NCBI GenBank assembly: GCA_036517255.1 | Contig: DATDXE010000004.1 | Coordinates: forward strand, 30,543-94,542 | Direction: 5' to 3' | DNA: 64,000 nucleotides | Origin: Minisyncoccota bacterium | GTDB taxonomy: Bacteria > Patescibacteriota > Minisyncoccia > Phycocordibacterales > WO2-35-19 | Part shown: positions 30,845-39,812 of the stretch, one piece after another | Numbering within the stretch: position 1 is the first letter of the stretch | Layout of the letters: each line of letters begins with the position of its first letter | Translations under genes and position numbers: made by a program | The notes under the pieces: generated by a model | Databases searched by the model: none | Seen by the model: only the letters and a program-made list of their open reading frames with translations | What the model was told of the DNA's origin: nothing

Positions 30845-31294
30845 TCAACATCGTTCAAAAGATGAGTCTTTTATACAACTTTTCCTAAAAGCTTCGTTCA
30901 TAAAACCCCAATCAAATGTAGCATTGTAAGCGATAAATATAGCTTCCTCCGATTTTTCCGCATACATTTCCATAGCCTCTTTGAGAGAAATGGCATCCTT
31001 CCAATTTTCCTCCATATACCCATTCCTTTCAATCGCTGCAGGAATCGCATTCGCGATATGCTCCGGTTTTACTTTCACATTTAAAGTATCCAAAATTTGT
31101 AGGCTTTTTTGGTCCACCATAACCAGCCCAATCTCAATTATTTCATGTTCCCCAAACACATCCCCACTCGTCTCCAAATCGGTAAAAGCAAGCGGTCTTT
31201 CATTTAATTTACCTAAATTATTGTGTGTCATGGTGTGTAGAGAGGCACCCTCTTTACATAAAATTATGTGGTGTAATTTTAATTTGTGACCCAA
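30845..31294 (-). CDS. DEDDh-type 3'-5' exonuclease-like protein (paralog of 401-955)
   Basis: FTDLETSGD (Exo I), IAYNATFDWGFMN (Exo II); exact start uncertain. Confidence 0.5.
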   Translation of the reverse strand: MGHKLKLHHIILCKEGASLHTMTHNNLGKLNERPLAFTDLETSGDVFGEHEIIEIGLVMVDQKSLQILDTLNVKVKPEHIANAIPAAIERNGYMEENWKDAISLKEAMEMYAEKSEEAIFIAYNATFDWGFMNEAFRKSCIKDSSFERC

Positions 31295-31479
31295 ATGTCT
31301 GGCTTTCAGAACTTTTTTCGTATAGAGATTTAGTAAAATTGAGTATTGAAAGTTTGGAAATAATTATGAAATAGAAAAGGCACCGCAGGTTTGAAGACCA
31401 AACGGCGCCTTAATTTGTCATTTTTACGTGTGAACTTCACGCCTCGTTTTGTTACAAAAAACGGTTGGCAAAAAAGAGC

Positions 31480-31815
31480 TCATTTGAGCTGAGATGAATT
31501 CCATCCCACCTGAACTGAGAACCACTGGATAGTGGCTCCAGCCGGGAGCACTCGTGCTCCCTCAGGCAACCTTGGACCCCTGTACTGTCCGACAATGACC
31601 TCGTCTCCGATCCTGACTGCAACCGTTGTGCGGTTGCAAGTCACCGGAACTCCCAAAGTCGAAGAGAACACGTTAGCGGTATCGGTATGACCGACGATGC
31701 TCGTTGCATCTTCCGCGTAGGATGCTGCCTGGTCCACATCAATCTCATCAATGTGGATGTCGACCGGAAAGGTTCCGATCATATTCACCGAGAAAGCATT
31801 GGCGATGTAGCGCAT
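31480..31815 (-). CDS. DUF1874 family protein (AcrIII-1 / Crn2 ring-nuclease-like)
   Basis: 111 aa; N-terminal NAFSVNM motif, IVGHTDT and downstream GDEVIV..RLPEG resemble STIV B116 / AcrIII-1 fold signatures (His43, Glu85 spacing ~42); strongly G+C-rich; own hairpin terminator overlapping stop. Confidence 0.45.
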   Translation of the reverse strand: MRYIANAFSVNMIGTFPVDIHIDEIDVDQAASYAEDATSIVGHTDTANVFSSTLGVPVTCNRTTVAVRIGDEVIVGQYRGPRLPEGARVLPAGATIQWFSVQVGWNSSQLK

Positions 31816-31963
31816 GGTCTCCTCCTGGGAGTCTTATGTAAAGTTAAGCCTGTTCTAATTTTTGGAGTCAGGATTTACAGAAGGCTTTTTACGCGGTAGC
31901 TTCGCGTGCCTTTTTTATAGCGGGCAAGACAGACCGCTTTTTCAAAAGTTAATTAACCTTTGA

Positions 31964-32915
31964 ATTTAGACACTCCATAATTGGAGAATGAAAAAATTTA
32001 AACATTTAAGCTATGAGGAAAGAGTAGCAATCTCTTTTCTTCAAGCGGAAGGTTGGAGCACAAGAGATATTGGTGAAAAACTTGGTCGTCATCATTCCTG
32101 CATTGCGTACGAATTGAAAAAGAAAGTTAAAGGCTTGTATGTAGCCAAAAAAGCTCACTACAAGTCATATTGGAGAAGATATTTGAGCAAGAAACAGTGT
32201 ATGAAAGTGGCTCTGGACAGAGAGCTGTCCAAATTCATTCCGGAAAAGCTCAAGGAAGGTTGGTCACCCGAAAGAATATCGGGGTACCTCAAGCTTCAAG
32301 GGAAAACCGTATCAACCAAAGCTGTATACAAGTTTGTGTACAGTCGTTGTTTAGAAAGATTTCTGTTCTGGAGAAAACATCACAAGAAAAGTGGTTGGAA
32401 GAAAAAGAGATATGGCAAAGCCAGTGATGGCAGAAAATATATTGAAGAAAGACCAGCGACACTCTGTTCTGGTCACTGGGAGGGAGACTTCATTGTCTCT
32501 TCTCACAATACTTGTTCTCTTTTGGTCTTGGTTGATCGATATTCCAGAAATACCATCATCAAGAAAATACCAAACAGAAAACACGCAGTTGTAATGCGTG
32601 CTTTCCAAGATTCCTTGCGTCATATGCCGATCAAGACACTGACATTAGACAATGATATATCATTTAACTGTTGGAAGAAACTGGAACAAATACTTAAGTG
32701 TTCTGTGTATTTTTGCCACCCGTATCACTCTTGGGAAAAGGGATTGGTTGAAAACACCAACAGGTGGATTAGATGTTTTGTGCCCAAAAGGAAAGATTTG
32801 AGAGAAGTCACAGACTTGGAGCTTCATTCAACCGAAGAGTTTTTAAACGAAATTCCACGCCAATGTCTTGGATTCAAAACAGCAAAAGAGGTATTATTAA
32901 TTAATCAAAGTGTCT
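31964..32915 (+). mobile_element. IS30-like insertion sequence (boundaries approximate)
   Basis: short inverted match TAGACACT (31964) / AGTGTCTA (32905) flanking the transposase; longer TIRs not resolved by eye. Confidence 0.35.
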
Positions 32916-32917
32916 AG
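31988..32917 (+). CDS. IS30 family transposase
   Basis: N-terminal HTH (LSYEERVAISFLQAEGWSTRDIGEKLG), DDE region HWEGDFIVSS..LDNDISF..E. Confidence 0.85.
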   Translation: MKKFKHLSYEERVAISFLQAEGWSTRDIGEKLGRHHSCIAYELKKKVKGLYVAKKAHYKSYWRRYLSKKQCMKVALDRELSKFIPEKLKEGWSPERISGYLKLQGKTVSTKAVYKFVYSRCLERFLFWRKHHKKSGWKKKRYGKASDGRKYIEERPATLCSGHWEGDFIVSSHNTCSLLVLVDRYSRNTIIKKIPNRKHAVVMRAFQDSLRHMPIKTLTLDNDISFNCWKKLEQILKCSVYFCHPYHSWEKGLVENTNRWIRCFVPKRKDLREVTDLELHSTEEFLNEIPRQCLGFKTAKEVLLINQSV

Positions 32918-33157
32918 ATTGAGGGGTGGGGAAACGAAAGATCTTACGCAGATAGTGTAGCATATTATATATTATTTGTCAACAAGTTTTTCAGAACTAT
33001 GAATAAACCCTACTTATTTAAGGTTATTTAGTGGTTTTCGTTTATTTTAGATAAATTTTAGGAATATGGTTTCAGAACTTTTATATTTCTAAAATACGTT
33101 TAAAAACAAAGATAAAATTAATCTTTGTTCTGAAAAAAGTAGTATCATCCCTTTATG

Positions 33158-33229
33158 TGACCCCACGGAGAGTCGGACTCCGCTTCCCGCCTTGAAAAGG
33201 CGGTGTCCTAACCGATAGACGATGGGGCC
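33158..33229 (-). tRNA. tRNA-Glu(UUC) with unusual T-loop (C at position 55)
   Basis: GGCCCCA-TC-GTCT-ATCGGTTA-GGAC-A-CCGCC-TTTTCAA-GGCGG-GAAG-CGGAG-TCCGACT-CTCCG-TGGGGTC-A; closely resembles bacterial tRNA-Glu. Confidence 0.7.
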
Positions 33230-33361
33230 AAATGATTGCTTTGCAATCACAATTTTCAATTTATAATTTCTAATTTTCAAATAAAAACTAGAAACAAATT
33301 GAACTGACATAGTAACATTTTTTGAAAAAATGGCAAAAAATGTTAGGCTGGTCTATATGGT

Positions 33362-33396
33362 CGCCTTTGCCTCGCGGTAGCTCGGCTTCGGCGGAC
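33362..33396 (+). repeat. direct repeat copy 1 flanking tRNA-Ser(CGA)
   Basis: CGCCTTTGCCTCGCGGTAGCTCGGCTTCGGCGGAC; near-identical copy at 33487-33522. Confidence 0.5.
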
Positions 33397-33400
33397 CGAT

Positions 33401-33487
33401 GGATGGGTGGCTGAGTGGTTGAAGGCACCGGTTTCGAAAACCGGCATACTCGAAAGGGTATCGTGAGTTCAAATCTCACCCCATCCG
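33401..33487 (+). tRNA. tRNA-Ser(CGA)
   Basis: GGATGGG..CCGGT-TTCGAAA-ACCGG, long variable arm CATACTCGAAAGGGTATC, GTGAG-TTCAAAT-CTCAC-CCCATCC-G. Confidence 0.85.
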
Positions 33488-33522
33488 CCTTCGCCTCGCA
33501 GTAGCTCGGCTTCGGCGGGACA
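33487..33522 (+). repeat. direct repeat copy 2 flanking tRNA-Ser(CGA)
   Basis: CGCCTTCGCCTCGCAGTAGCTCGGCTTCGGCGGGAC. Confidence 0.5.
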
Positions 33523-33573
33523 CAGTCCGCAGAAGATGAGCGAAGGCGGGAAGATAAATTTTATGTACTAATA

Positions 33574-34737
33574 ATGATAATCCTTGGAATCGAAACAAGT
33601 TGTGATGAGACGGCTATAAGTGTGGTGGAAGCTGAAGGAAATGAAAAAAATCCTAGTTTTAAAGTGCTTGGGTCAGCTATTCACAGTCAAGCAGATATGC
33701 ATTCTTTGTATGGTGGCGTGTATCCAAACTTGGCAAAGAGAGAACACACGAAAAACCTGCCAGCCGTACTTGAAACAGCATTGGAAAAAGCAAAGATGCC
33801 CGCCCGCCTCGCAAGCGAGAGCGTTGCGGGCGGGGAAATAAGCAAAATTGATGCGATAGCAGTAACGGTAGGTCCTGGGTTGGAACCAGCGCTTTGGACG
33901 GGAATTACTTTTGCAAAAGAATTGGCAGAGAAATGGAAAAAACCTCTTATCCCAACTAACCACATGGAAGGTCACTTGGCATCAGTCTTAATGAATTCAA
34001 AGAATTTTATTAAGCTGATGCCAAGTGATACAGTTTCAAAAGCACACCCTTTTGAAACTGTGCACATAAAATTTCCCGCCCTCGGCCTACTCATATCTGG
34101 AGGCCACACAGAACTAGTCTTACTTAAGAGTTGGACTGAGAAAGAAATAATTGGGGAAACCAAAGATGATGCTGTGGGCGAGGCTTTCGATAAGGTGGCA
34201 AGAATGCTCGGCCTCCCCTATCCTGGTGGACCAGAAATATCTAAACTTGCCTCAGAAGCCAGGGAACAGAACTTCCACTTGGAAACTAAGTTTCCAAGAC
34301 CGATGATAAAATCGGGAGATTTAAATTTTTCTTTTTCAGGATTGAAGACTGCTGTTTTATATTATTTGAGAAAACCCCATCCGGCACCTCGCAAAGCCTC
34401 TGACCACCTTCCCCTTGATCAGGGGAAGGAATACCAAAAGATCGCACGGGAATTTGAGGATGCAGTAGTCGAAGTTCTAATAGAAAAAACAAAGACGGCT
34501 ATTGCTCTTCATAATCCACATACTCTTATAATTGGCGGCGGGGTAATATCGAATAATTTAATACGAGAAAAATTTGAAGCATTAGTAAAAGAATATCCGA
34601 ATATGGAACTAAAAATTCCTGAAAAATCACTGACGACCGACAATGCTACTATGATCGCCATGGCCGGCTACCTCTCCTTCATAACCAAAAGCGCGCAACC
34701 AGAATTGCGCGCTCAAGGAAACTTAAAATATTTGTAA
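33574..34737 (+). CDS. tsaD: tRNA N6-adenosine threonylcarbamoyltransferase TsaD (Kae1/YgjD family)
   Basis: MIILGIETSCDETAISVV, HMEGHL, ASKH-fold layout; contains an in-frame repeat-derived insertion at 34377-34431. Confidence 0.9.
   Translation: MIILGIETSCDETAISVVEAEGNEKNPSFKVLGSAIHSQADMHSLYGGVYPNLAKREHTKNLPAVLETALEKAKMPARLASESVAGGEISKIDAIAVTVGPGLEPALWTGITFAKELAEKWKKPLIPTNHMEGHLASVLMNSKNFIKLMPSDTVSKAHPFETVHIKFPALGLLISGGHTELVLLKSWTEKEIIGETKDDAVGEAFDKVARMLGLPYPGGPEISKLASEAREQNFHLETKFPRPMIKSGDLNFSFSGLKTAVLYYLRKPHPAPRKASDHLPLDQGKEYQKIAREFEDAVVEVLIEKTKTAIALHNPHTLIIGGGVISNNLIREKFEALVKEYPNMELKIPEKSLTTDNATMIAMAGYLSFITKSAQPELRAQGNLKYL
34377..34431. repeat. GC-rich hairpin repeat copy embedded in-frame in tsaD
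   Basis: CCATCCGGCACCTCGCAAAGCCTCTGACCACCTTCCCCTTGATCAGGGGAAGGAA, about 90% identical to 54575-54630; translated as HPAPRKASDHLPLDQGKE. Confidence 0.55.
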
Positions 34738-34741
34738 GTTT

Positions 34742-37360
34742 TTACTCCCCTATAATACCTTTGAATCCTTTCTTTTCACCTTCTTCGGTTACTTTGTCTG
34801 TAAGAGAGCTCGGCTCTTCCACGACTAGAGTAGATATTTTTTCAAGCGAGGCATCATACGAATTATTTTTGATGGCTTCTTTATGAGCAGTGCCGTTACC
34901 GAAGAGGATCACGCCCATCACAATGAGAAAGACGATGACGAATGGCAGGATAGTACAGTAGTGAGCGAAGATAGCCGACAATGCTATAGCTACAATAAGA
35001 AAGATTGCGCTCCAGATAAGTTTCTTCCTGCGGATTTTCATTCTTTCCATTTCATCCCTAGCAGGACCGCCAGAGAATAGCGAAGCAAGGATATAGATGA
35101 CAGCAAGTACGATGAGGAAAACGATGGCACACTCTAACGTGTCAGAAAGACTTTCAGGAATAGAGAAAAGTGAGATAGCAGCATTCCTTAAAACATTAGT
35201 TCCTGCTATTTCACTTCCGTTTATAAAATCAGAATCTGTAGGGTTTTCTGATTCAGTAGAAGTACCGACTCCTATAGAGCCCGAAACATCAGGTATCACG
35301 CCTCCGTTCTCTTCTATATCTTGAATGAAGCTTCTGAAAGAATCGATTTCACTCTGATCTGAAGCAGAAAGGGGGTAGATAGTTTTACAGAATATTTCAT
35401 TTATTTTTTTCTTGGTAAGGATATACACATATCCAGTCGGAGCTGTGTGGCCCCACGGAGCAAGGATATCGTCAGAGTATTTATTCTGGAATCTCGACAC
35501 AGCATCGAAAGTAGCATCGTCAAAGTTAGCTGTGAAGGAAAGATTTTCTCCTTCAAAAGCATTGAGGAAAGATTGGAGTTTTAATACTTCAAGAGGATCA
35601 TTTTGCAAATCCTTTCTCAAATAATCACGCAAGTATGAACAGGTAGTAGCTCCTAGAACAGCACCGCCGCCTATGGTAGTAATGTCACGCCTATGACCAC
35701 CAAGGCCGCCGCCCCCACCTCCTCCGCCACCGCCATTACCCCCAGAATTATCAGTAGGAGGATTCGTAGGAGGAGTAGAAACAGGAGACACGATGACAGA
35801 CCTAGTTACAGAAGTAGAAAGGTTTCCAGAGTCAGTAACGGAATAGGTTACTTCATACGTACCGGCAACAGCTGTATTTACAGTAGTCGTAGTAGCAATT
35901 TCATCGGTCAAATTACCATCCTCAGTATCATTTGCAGTAGCACCTGGATCAGTGAAGGTATCACCTATTGTCAAATTCAAAGGATTGGCACCAATCAAAG
36001 TGATAATTGGTGGAGTGTTGACTGGAGGATTAACACTATTAGCAACATTCAAGGCAATACAATAATATGTATTACCATTCTGTGGATTCAAAACGTAATC
36101 ATAGTTGTCAAAATACAAAACATCCTGATTACAAAACAGTTCAGCACTTACAACATTAGTCTGTGCGTCATTATTTGCATATGGACCATAGAAAGGAATA
36201 TAGCCATTCTTTAATACTTCACGAATCCATACCTTGTCAGAACCTAGAGCCGCAGGAATATCGACTTGAGTTTTACCCTGACTATCAGTCAATCCAAAAG
36301 TAGTCCAGCCGCTACCCGCTGGTCCGACAAAAGATGAACCAGGATCAGTCACTGACTGGTAGCCCCACTCGAATTCCCATCCAGGCTGCAAGTGGCAAGA
36401 AGGATGAGAAGCGAGGAAATCGGAAGCAGTAGAAGCAGTTACATCAGGGCCTCCCACTCCCCAGTTCGGTAAATCGATTTCATTATTACAAACTATTTTT
36501 GTAGCGATAACGCGGAATGTCGTGGCAGGTTCCACAACTACAGTTCTATTAGCAGAGGCTGACGCCCCATCAGAATCAGTGACAGAATAACTAAGAACGT
36601 AATTTCCAGGAAGAGAAGTGTTGACCGAACCAGAAACAGTGATGGAAGAGGTCAAATTACCATCCTCAGTATCATTTGCAGTAGCACCTGGATCAGTGAA
36701 GGTATTACCAGCAATCACAGTAAAAGGATTGGCTCCCAAAAGAGTGAGCACCGGAGGATTGTTCACAGGTACTTCAGGACCACCGCCAGGATTCGTATTA
36801 CAGGTCACAGCCTCGGACTGTACGTTCAATTTAAAGAGTAGCCCGGCTGGATTTGATTGTGGAGTAGCCCCGTCCCAACCAAAATTTTTAACCTTAAAAG
36901 AAATGTTGTTTGAGCCTGTAGTCAAAACTGAACTGAGGTCATAACTATCTTTCTCCTCATCAAAATAATTTAACTCAGAATTATCTTGAGCAAATGGGTT
37001 TCCATTGACAGATATTTCGTAGCCATTGTCAGCGGCCACGATAAGGGAAGCTACAGTCGGAGTGCCGACTATATTAAAGGTGCGAGAAAAAGATGTTTCT
37101 TCATCGATAGTAGGGTTTTCAACAAGAACAGTCTTCCAAATCCAAGTAGCCCCAGGGATGCTTGCTGTCCAACGAGGGTTTGCAGAATATGTTGCTACAG
37201 CATTAGAATTATCAGAAAGAAGAGTGCTAGTATCACTCACTATTTCTAGATTACAAATAGCAAGTGCTTCGGAAGCACCTTCTTCAGCGAAGATAGAAAT
37301 AGGGCTCCCGATAAGTGTCACTACTACAAAAGCGGCTACAATGTTTTTGAATATATTCAT
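34742..37360 (-). CDS. large secreted/anchored surface protein with repeated Ig-like (DUF5011-type) domains, poly-Gly linker, PG-binding-like module and C-terminal TM helices
   Basis: signal peptide MNIFKNIVAAFVVVTLIGSPISIFA; two near-identical NPPVLTLLGANP..TFTDPGATANDTEDGNLT..YSVTDS repeats (56-nt identical DNA at 35906-35961 and 36650-36705); GGNGGGGGGGGGG. Confidence 0.7.
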   Translation of the reverse strand: MNIFKNIVAAFVVVTLIGSPISIFAEEGASEALAICNLEIVSDTSTLLSDNSNAVATYSANPRWTASIPGATWIWKTVLVENPTIDEETSFSRTFNIVGTPTVASLIVAADNGYEISVNGNPFAQDNSELNYFDEEKDSYDLSSVLTTGSNNISFKVKNFGWDGATPQSNPAGLLFKLNVQSEAVTCNTNPGGGPEVPVNNPPVLTLLGANPFTVIAGNTFTDPGATANDTEDGNLTSSITVSGSVNTSLPGNYVLSYSVTDSDGASASANRTVVVEPATTFRVIATKIVCNNEIDLPNWGVGGPDVTASTASDFLASHPSCHLQPGWEFEWGYQSVTDPGSSFVGPAGSGWTTFGLTDSQGKTQVDIPAALGSDKVWIREVLKNGYIPFYGPYANNDAQTNVVSAELFCNQDVLYFDNYDYVLNPQNGNTYYCIALNVANSVNPPVNTPPIITLIGANPLNLTIGDTFTDPGATANDTEDGNLTDEIATTTTVNTAVAGTYEVTYSVTDSGNLSTSVTRSVIVSPVSTPPTNPPTDNSGGNGGGGGGGGGGLGGHRRDITTIGGGAVLGATTCSYLRDYLRKDLQNDPLEVLKLQSFLNAFEGENLSFTANFDDATFDAVSRFQNKYSDDILAPWGHTAPTGYVYILTKKKINEIFCKTIYPLSASDQSEIDSFRSFIQDIEENGGVIPDVSGSIGVGTSTESENPTDSDFINGSEIAGTNVLRNAAISLFSIPESLSDTLECAIVFLIVLAVIYILASLFSGGPARDEMERMKIRRKKLIWSAIFLIVAIALSAIFAHYCTILPFVIVFLIVMGVILFGNGTAHKEAIKNNSYDASLEKISTLVVEEPSSLTDKVTEEGEKKGFKGIIGE

Positions 37361-37702
37361 GTTATTAATATCTCTAAATAATTTAATACCCCACAATTTA
37401 ATCTATTAACTTATCTCATGTATTAACATAATTGATAGAATATGTCAATAAACATACTAGGAAGTGTCAAGCGACCAAATGCTATTAAAGCCTTATTTAT
37501 CAACGTTTTTTAAAAAGGAGAAAAAATATTAAAATTTTGTCTTTTATAAATCCATATAATCCTAAAAAAGACTTACTTACTAGGTCCTATCAGATATAAA
37601 GGACAACTTACCTAAAAGACAAACTATGTCTTTTAGGTACAAAAGAGTCTATTTTTGCGTTTTTAGTCTTAAAGCTTATTATTAACAAGTAAATATATTG
37701 CT

Positions 37703-39796
37703 ATGAATAAAGAAGTTACAGAAAAACTTAGTAGGCCATATAACCCGAAGGAAATAGAAAATAAGATATACAAAATCTGGGAGAATTCTGGTTTTTTTAA
37801 TCCTGACAATCTTCCCAATAGCGGGAAGCCGTTCACTATCATAATGCCTCCCCCAAACGCCAATGGCAGACTTCATGCTGGTCATGCTCTTTTCATTACT
37901 TTGGAAGATATCATGATCCGCTACAAAAGAATGTGCGGCTTTAAAACTCTTTGGGCTCCAGGAGCTGACCATGCCGGTTTCGAAACTCAGATTGTTTATG
38001 AAAAAGAGTTAGAAAAAGAAGGAAGGTCTAGGTTTAATATGGACCCAAAAGATCTATATACAGAGATCCTTGATTTTACTCTCAAAAATAAATCGGTGAT
38101 GGAAAATGATGTACGGAGCTTGGGGGCTTCCTGCGACTGGTCAAGAGAAAAGTTTACCCTCGACGAAGATGTGGTGCTAGAAACTCAAAAAACATTCAAA
38201 AAGATGTTTGGTGATGGATTGGTATATAGAGGTTCAAGAATTATTAATTGGTGCACCAAACATCAGACTTCCCTATCAGAAGTTGAAACTGAATTTATAG
38301 AGAAGCTAGATGCTCTCTACTATATTAAATACGGACCTTTTACTATTGCTACCGCTAGACCAGAAACTAAGTTTGGCGATAAGTATGTAGTGATGCACCC
38401 GGAAGATCCCCGCTACAAGGAGTATGCAAATGGCGACAAACTAGAAGTGGATTGGATAAATGGCAAAATAGAAGCTACTGTCATCAAAGATGAGGCTATA
38501 GATATGGAATTCGGTACCGGAGTAATGACTATTACCCCTTGGCACGATGAGGTTGATTACAAACTTGCCGAAAAATACAACCTGGAAAAAGAGCAGATCA
38601 TAGACTGGCAAGGCAAACTATTACCGATAGCCGGAGAATTTGCTGGCATGAAAATAAAAGAGGCCAGGCCAAAGATAGTAGAAAAACTGAAAGAACTAGG
38701 CTTACTAATAAAAGTGGAGGAGAACTATAAGCACAATGTAAAAGTTTGCTACAAATGCGAAACCCCCATTGAGCCACAAATAAAAGACCAATGGTTTGTG
38801 AAGATGGAGCCCTTAGCCAAAGAAGCGGTAAAAGCAGTCGAAGCTGGCAAAATAACTTTTATCCCAGATAATTCTCGCAAGATTTTCCTTTACTGGATGA
38901 ATAACCCGATCGACTGGAACATCTCTCGTCAGATTGTTTGGGGTATACCGATACCAGCCAAAGTTTGTGACGCGTGCCACACAGGAGTGCCTGACTTGGA
39001 AAATAAAACAGACAAATGCGAAAAATGCGGCCAAGAGATGAGGCAAGACACTGACACCTTCGATACCTGGTTTTCTTCAGGCCAATGGCCTTATCTCGTA
39101 CTTGGTTATCCTGATTCTTCTGATTTTAAAAATTTCTATTCTACTGATGTGATGGAAACTGGGCGAGATTTAATATTTAAATGGGTTCCAAGGATGGTCT
39201 TCTTCGGCCTTTATCGCACAGGCCAAGTTCCCTTCCACACTGTTTATATGCATGGCTTAGTAAACGACGCCAAAGGCCAGAAGATGAGCAAGAGCAAAGG
39301 CAATGTTATCAGCCCTCTCACTCTAACCGAAAAATATGGCACCGATGCATTAAGAATGTCGCTCATTGTGGGCAATACTCCTGGCACCGACCTCTCTTTA
39401 TCAGAAGAAAAAGTCAACGCTTACAAAAAATTCGCCAACAAAATATGGAACGCTTCTCGTTTTGTCATCGAAAATACAGAACCAAGGGTGACCCTTGGTG
39501 ATGAAAACCAAAAAATAATGGAAGAATTCAACGCCCTGAAAAAAGACATCACTTTAGATATGGAAAACTACCGTTTCTATATGGCGTCCGAAAAAATTTA
39601 CCACTACTTCTGGCACACTTTCGCTGACGTTATTATTGAAAAATCAAAAAAAGATGCTTCTTTAAAACCCCTCCTCCGCCCTCTTCTCGAACAACAGCTC
39701 AAACTCCTCCACCCCTTCATGCCTTTCATCACCGAAGAAGTTTGGTCCCTCCTCGGTCACGATTCCCTTCTCATGATAGAAAAGTGGCCTGAGTAA
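37703..39796 (+). CDS. valS: valine--tRNA ligase (short form lacking C-terminal coiled coil)
   Basis: PPPNANGRLHAGHA (HIGH), KMSKSKGNVISP (KMSKS), CP1 editing region, Zn-knuckle CxxC pairs. Confidence 0.85.
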   Translation: MNKEVTEKLSRPYNPKEIENKIYKIWENSGFFNPDNLPNSGKPFTIIMPPPNANGRLHAGHALFITLEDIMIRYKRMCGFKTLWAPGADHAGFETQIVYEKELEKEGRSRFNMDPKDLYTEILDFTLKNKSVMENDVRSLGASCDWSREKFTLDEDVVLETQKTFKKMFGDGLVYRGSRIINWCTKHQTSLSEVETEFIEKLDALYYIKYGPFTIATARPETKFGDKYVVMHPEDPRYKEYANGDKLEVDWINGKIEATVIKDEAIDMEFGTGVMTITPWHDEVDYKLAEKYNLEKEQIIDWQGKLLPIAGEFAGMKIKEARPKIVEKLKELGLLIKVEENYKHNVKVCYKCETPIEPQIKDQWFVKMEPLAKEAVKAVEAGKITFIPDNSRKIFLYWMNNPIDWNISRQIVWGIPIPAKVCDACHTGVPDLENKTDKCEKCGQEMRQDTDTFDTWFSSGQWPYLVLGYPDSSDFKNFYSTDVMETGRDLIFKWVPRMVFFGLYRTGQVPFHTVYMHGLVNDAKGQKMSKSKGNVISPLTLTEKYGTDALRMSLIVGNTPGTDLSLSEEKVNAYKKFANKIWNASRFVIENTEPRVTLGDENQKIMEEFNALKKDITLDMENYRFYMASEKIYHYFWHTFADVIIEKSKKDASLKPLLRPLLEQQLKLLHPFMPFITEEVWSLLGHDSLLMIEKWPE

Positions 39797-39812
39797 AAAT
39801 CAAGGACAATAT

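Noticed and set aside
33362-33522. Possible CRISPR array (direct repeats)
   Set aside because: Only two repeat copies and the intervening sequence is a tRNA gene; no cas genes anywhere in the window.
35690-35760. Poly-Gly region of the surface protein as a homopolymeric phase-variation tract
   Set aside because: The glycine run is encoded by mixed GGN codons, not a mononucleotide or short-unit repeat, so slipped-strand switching is unlikely.
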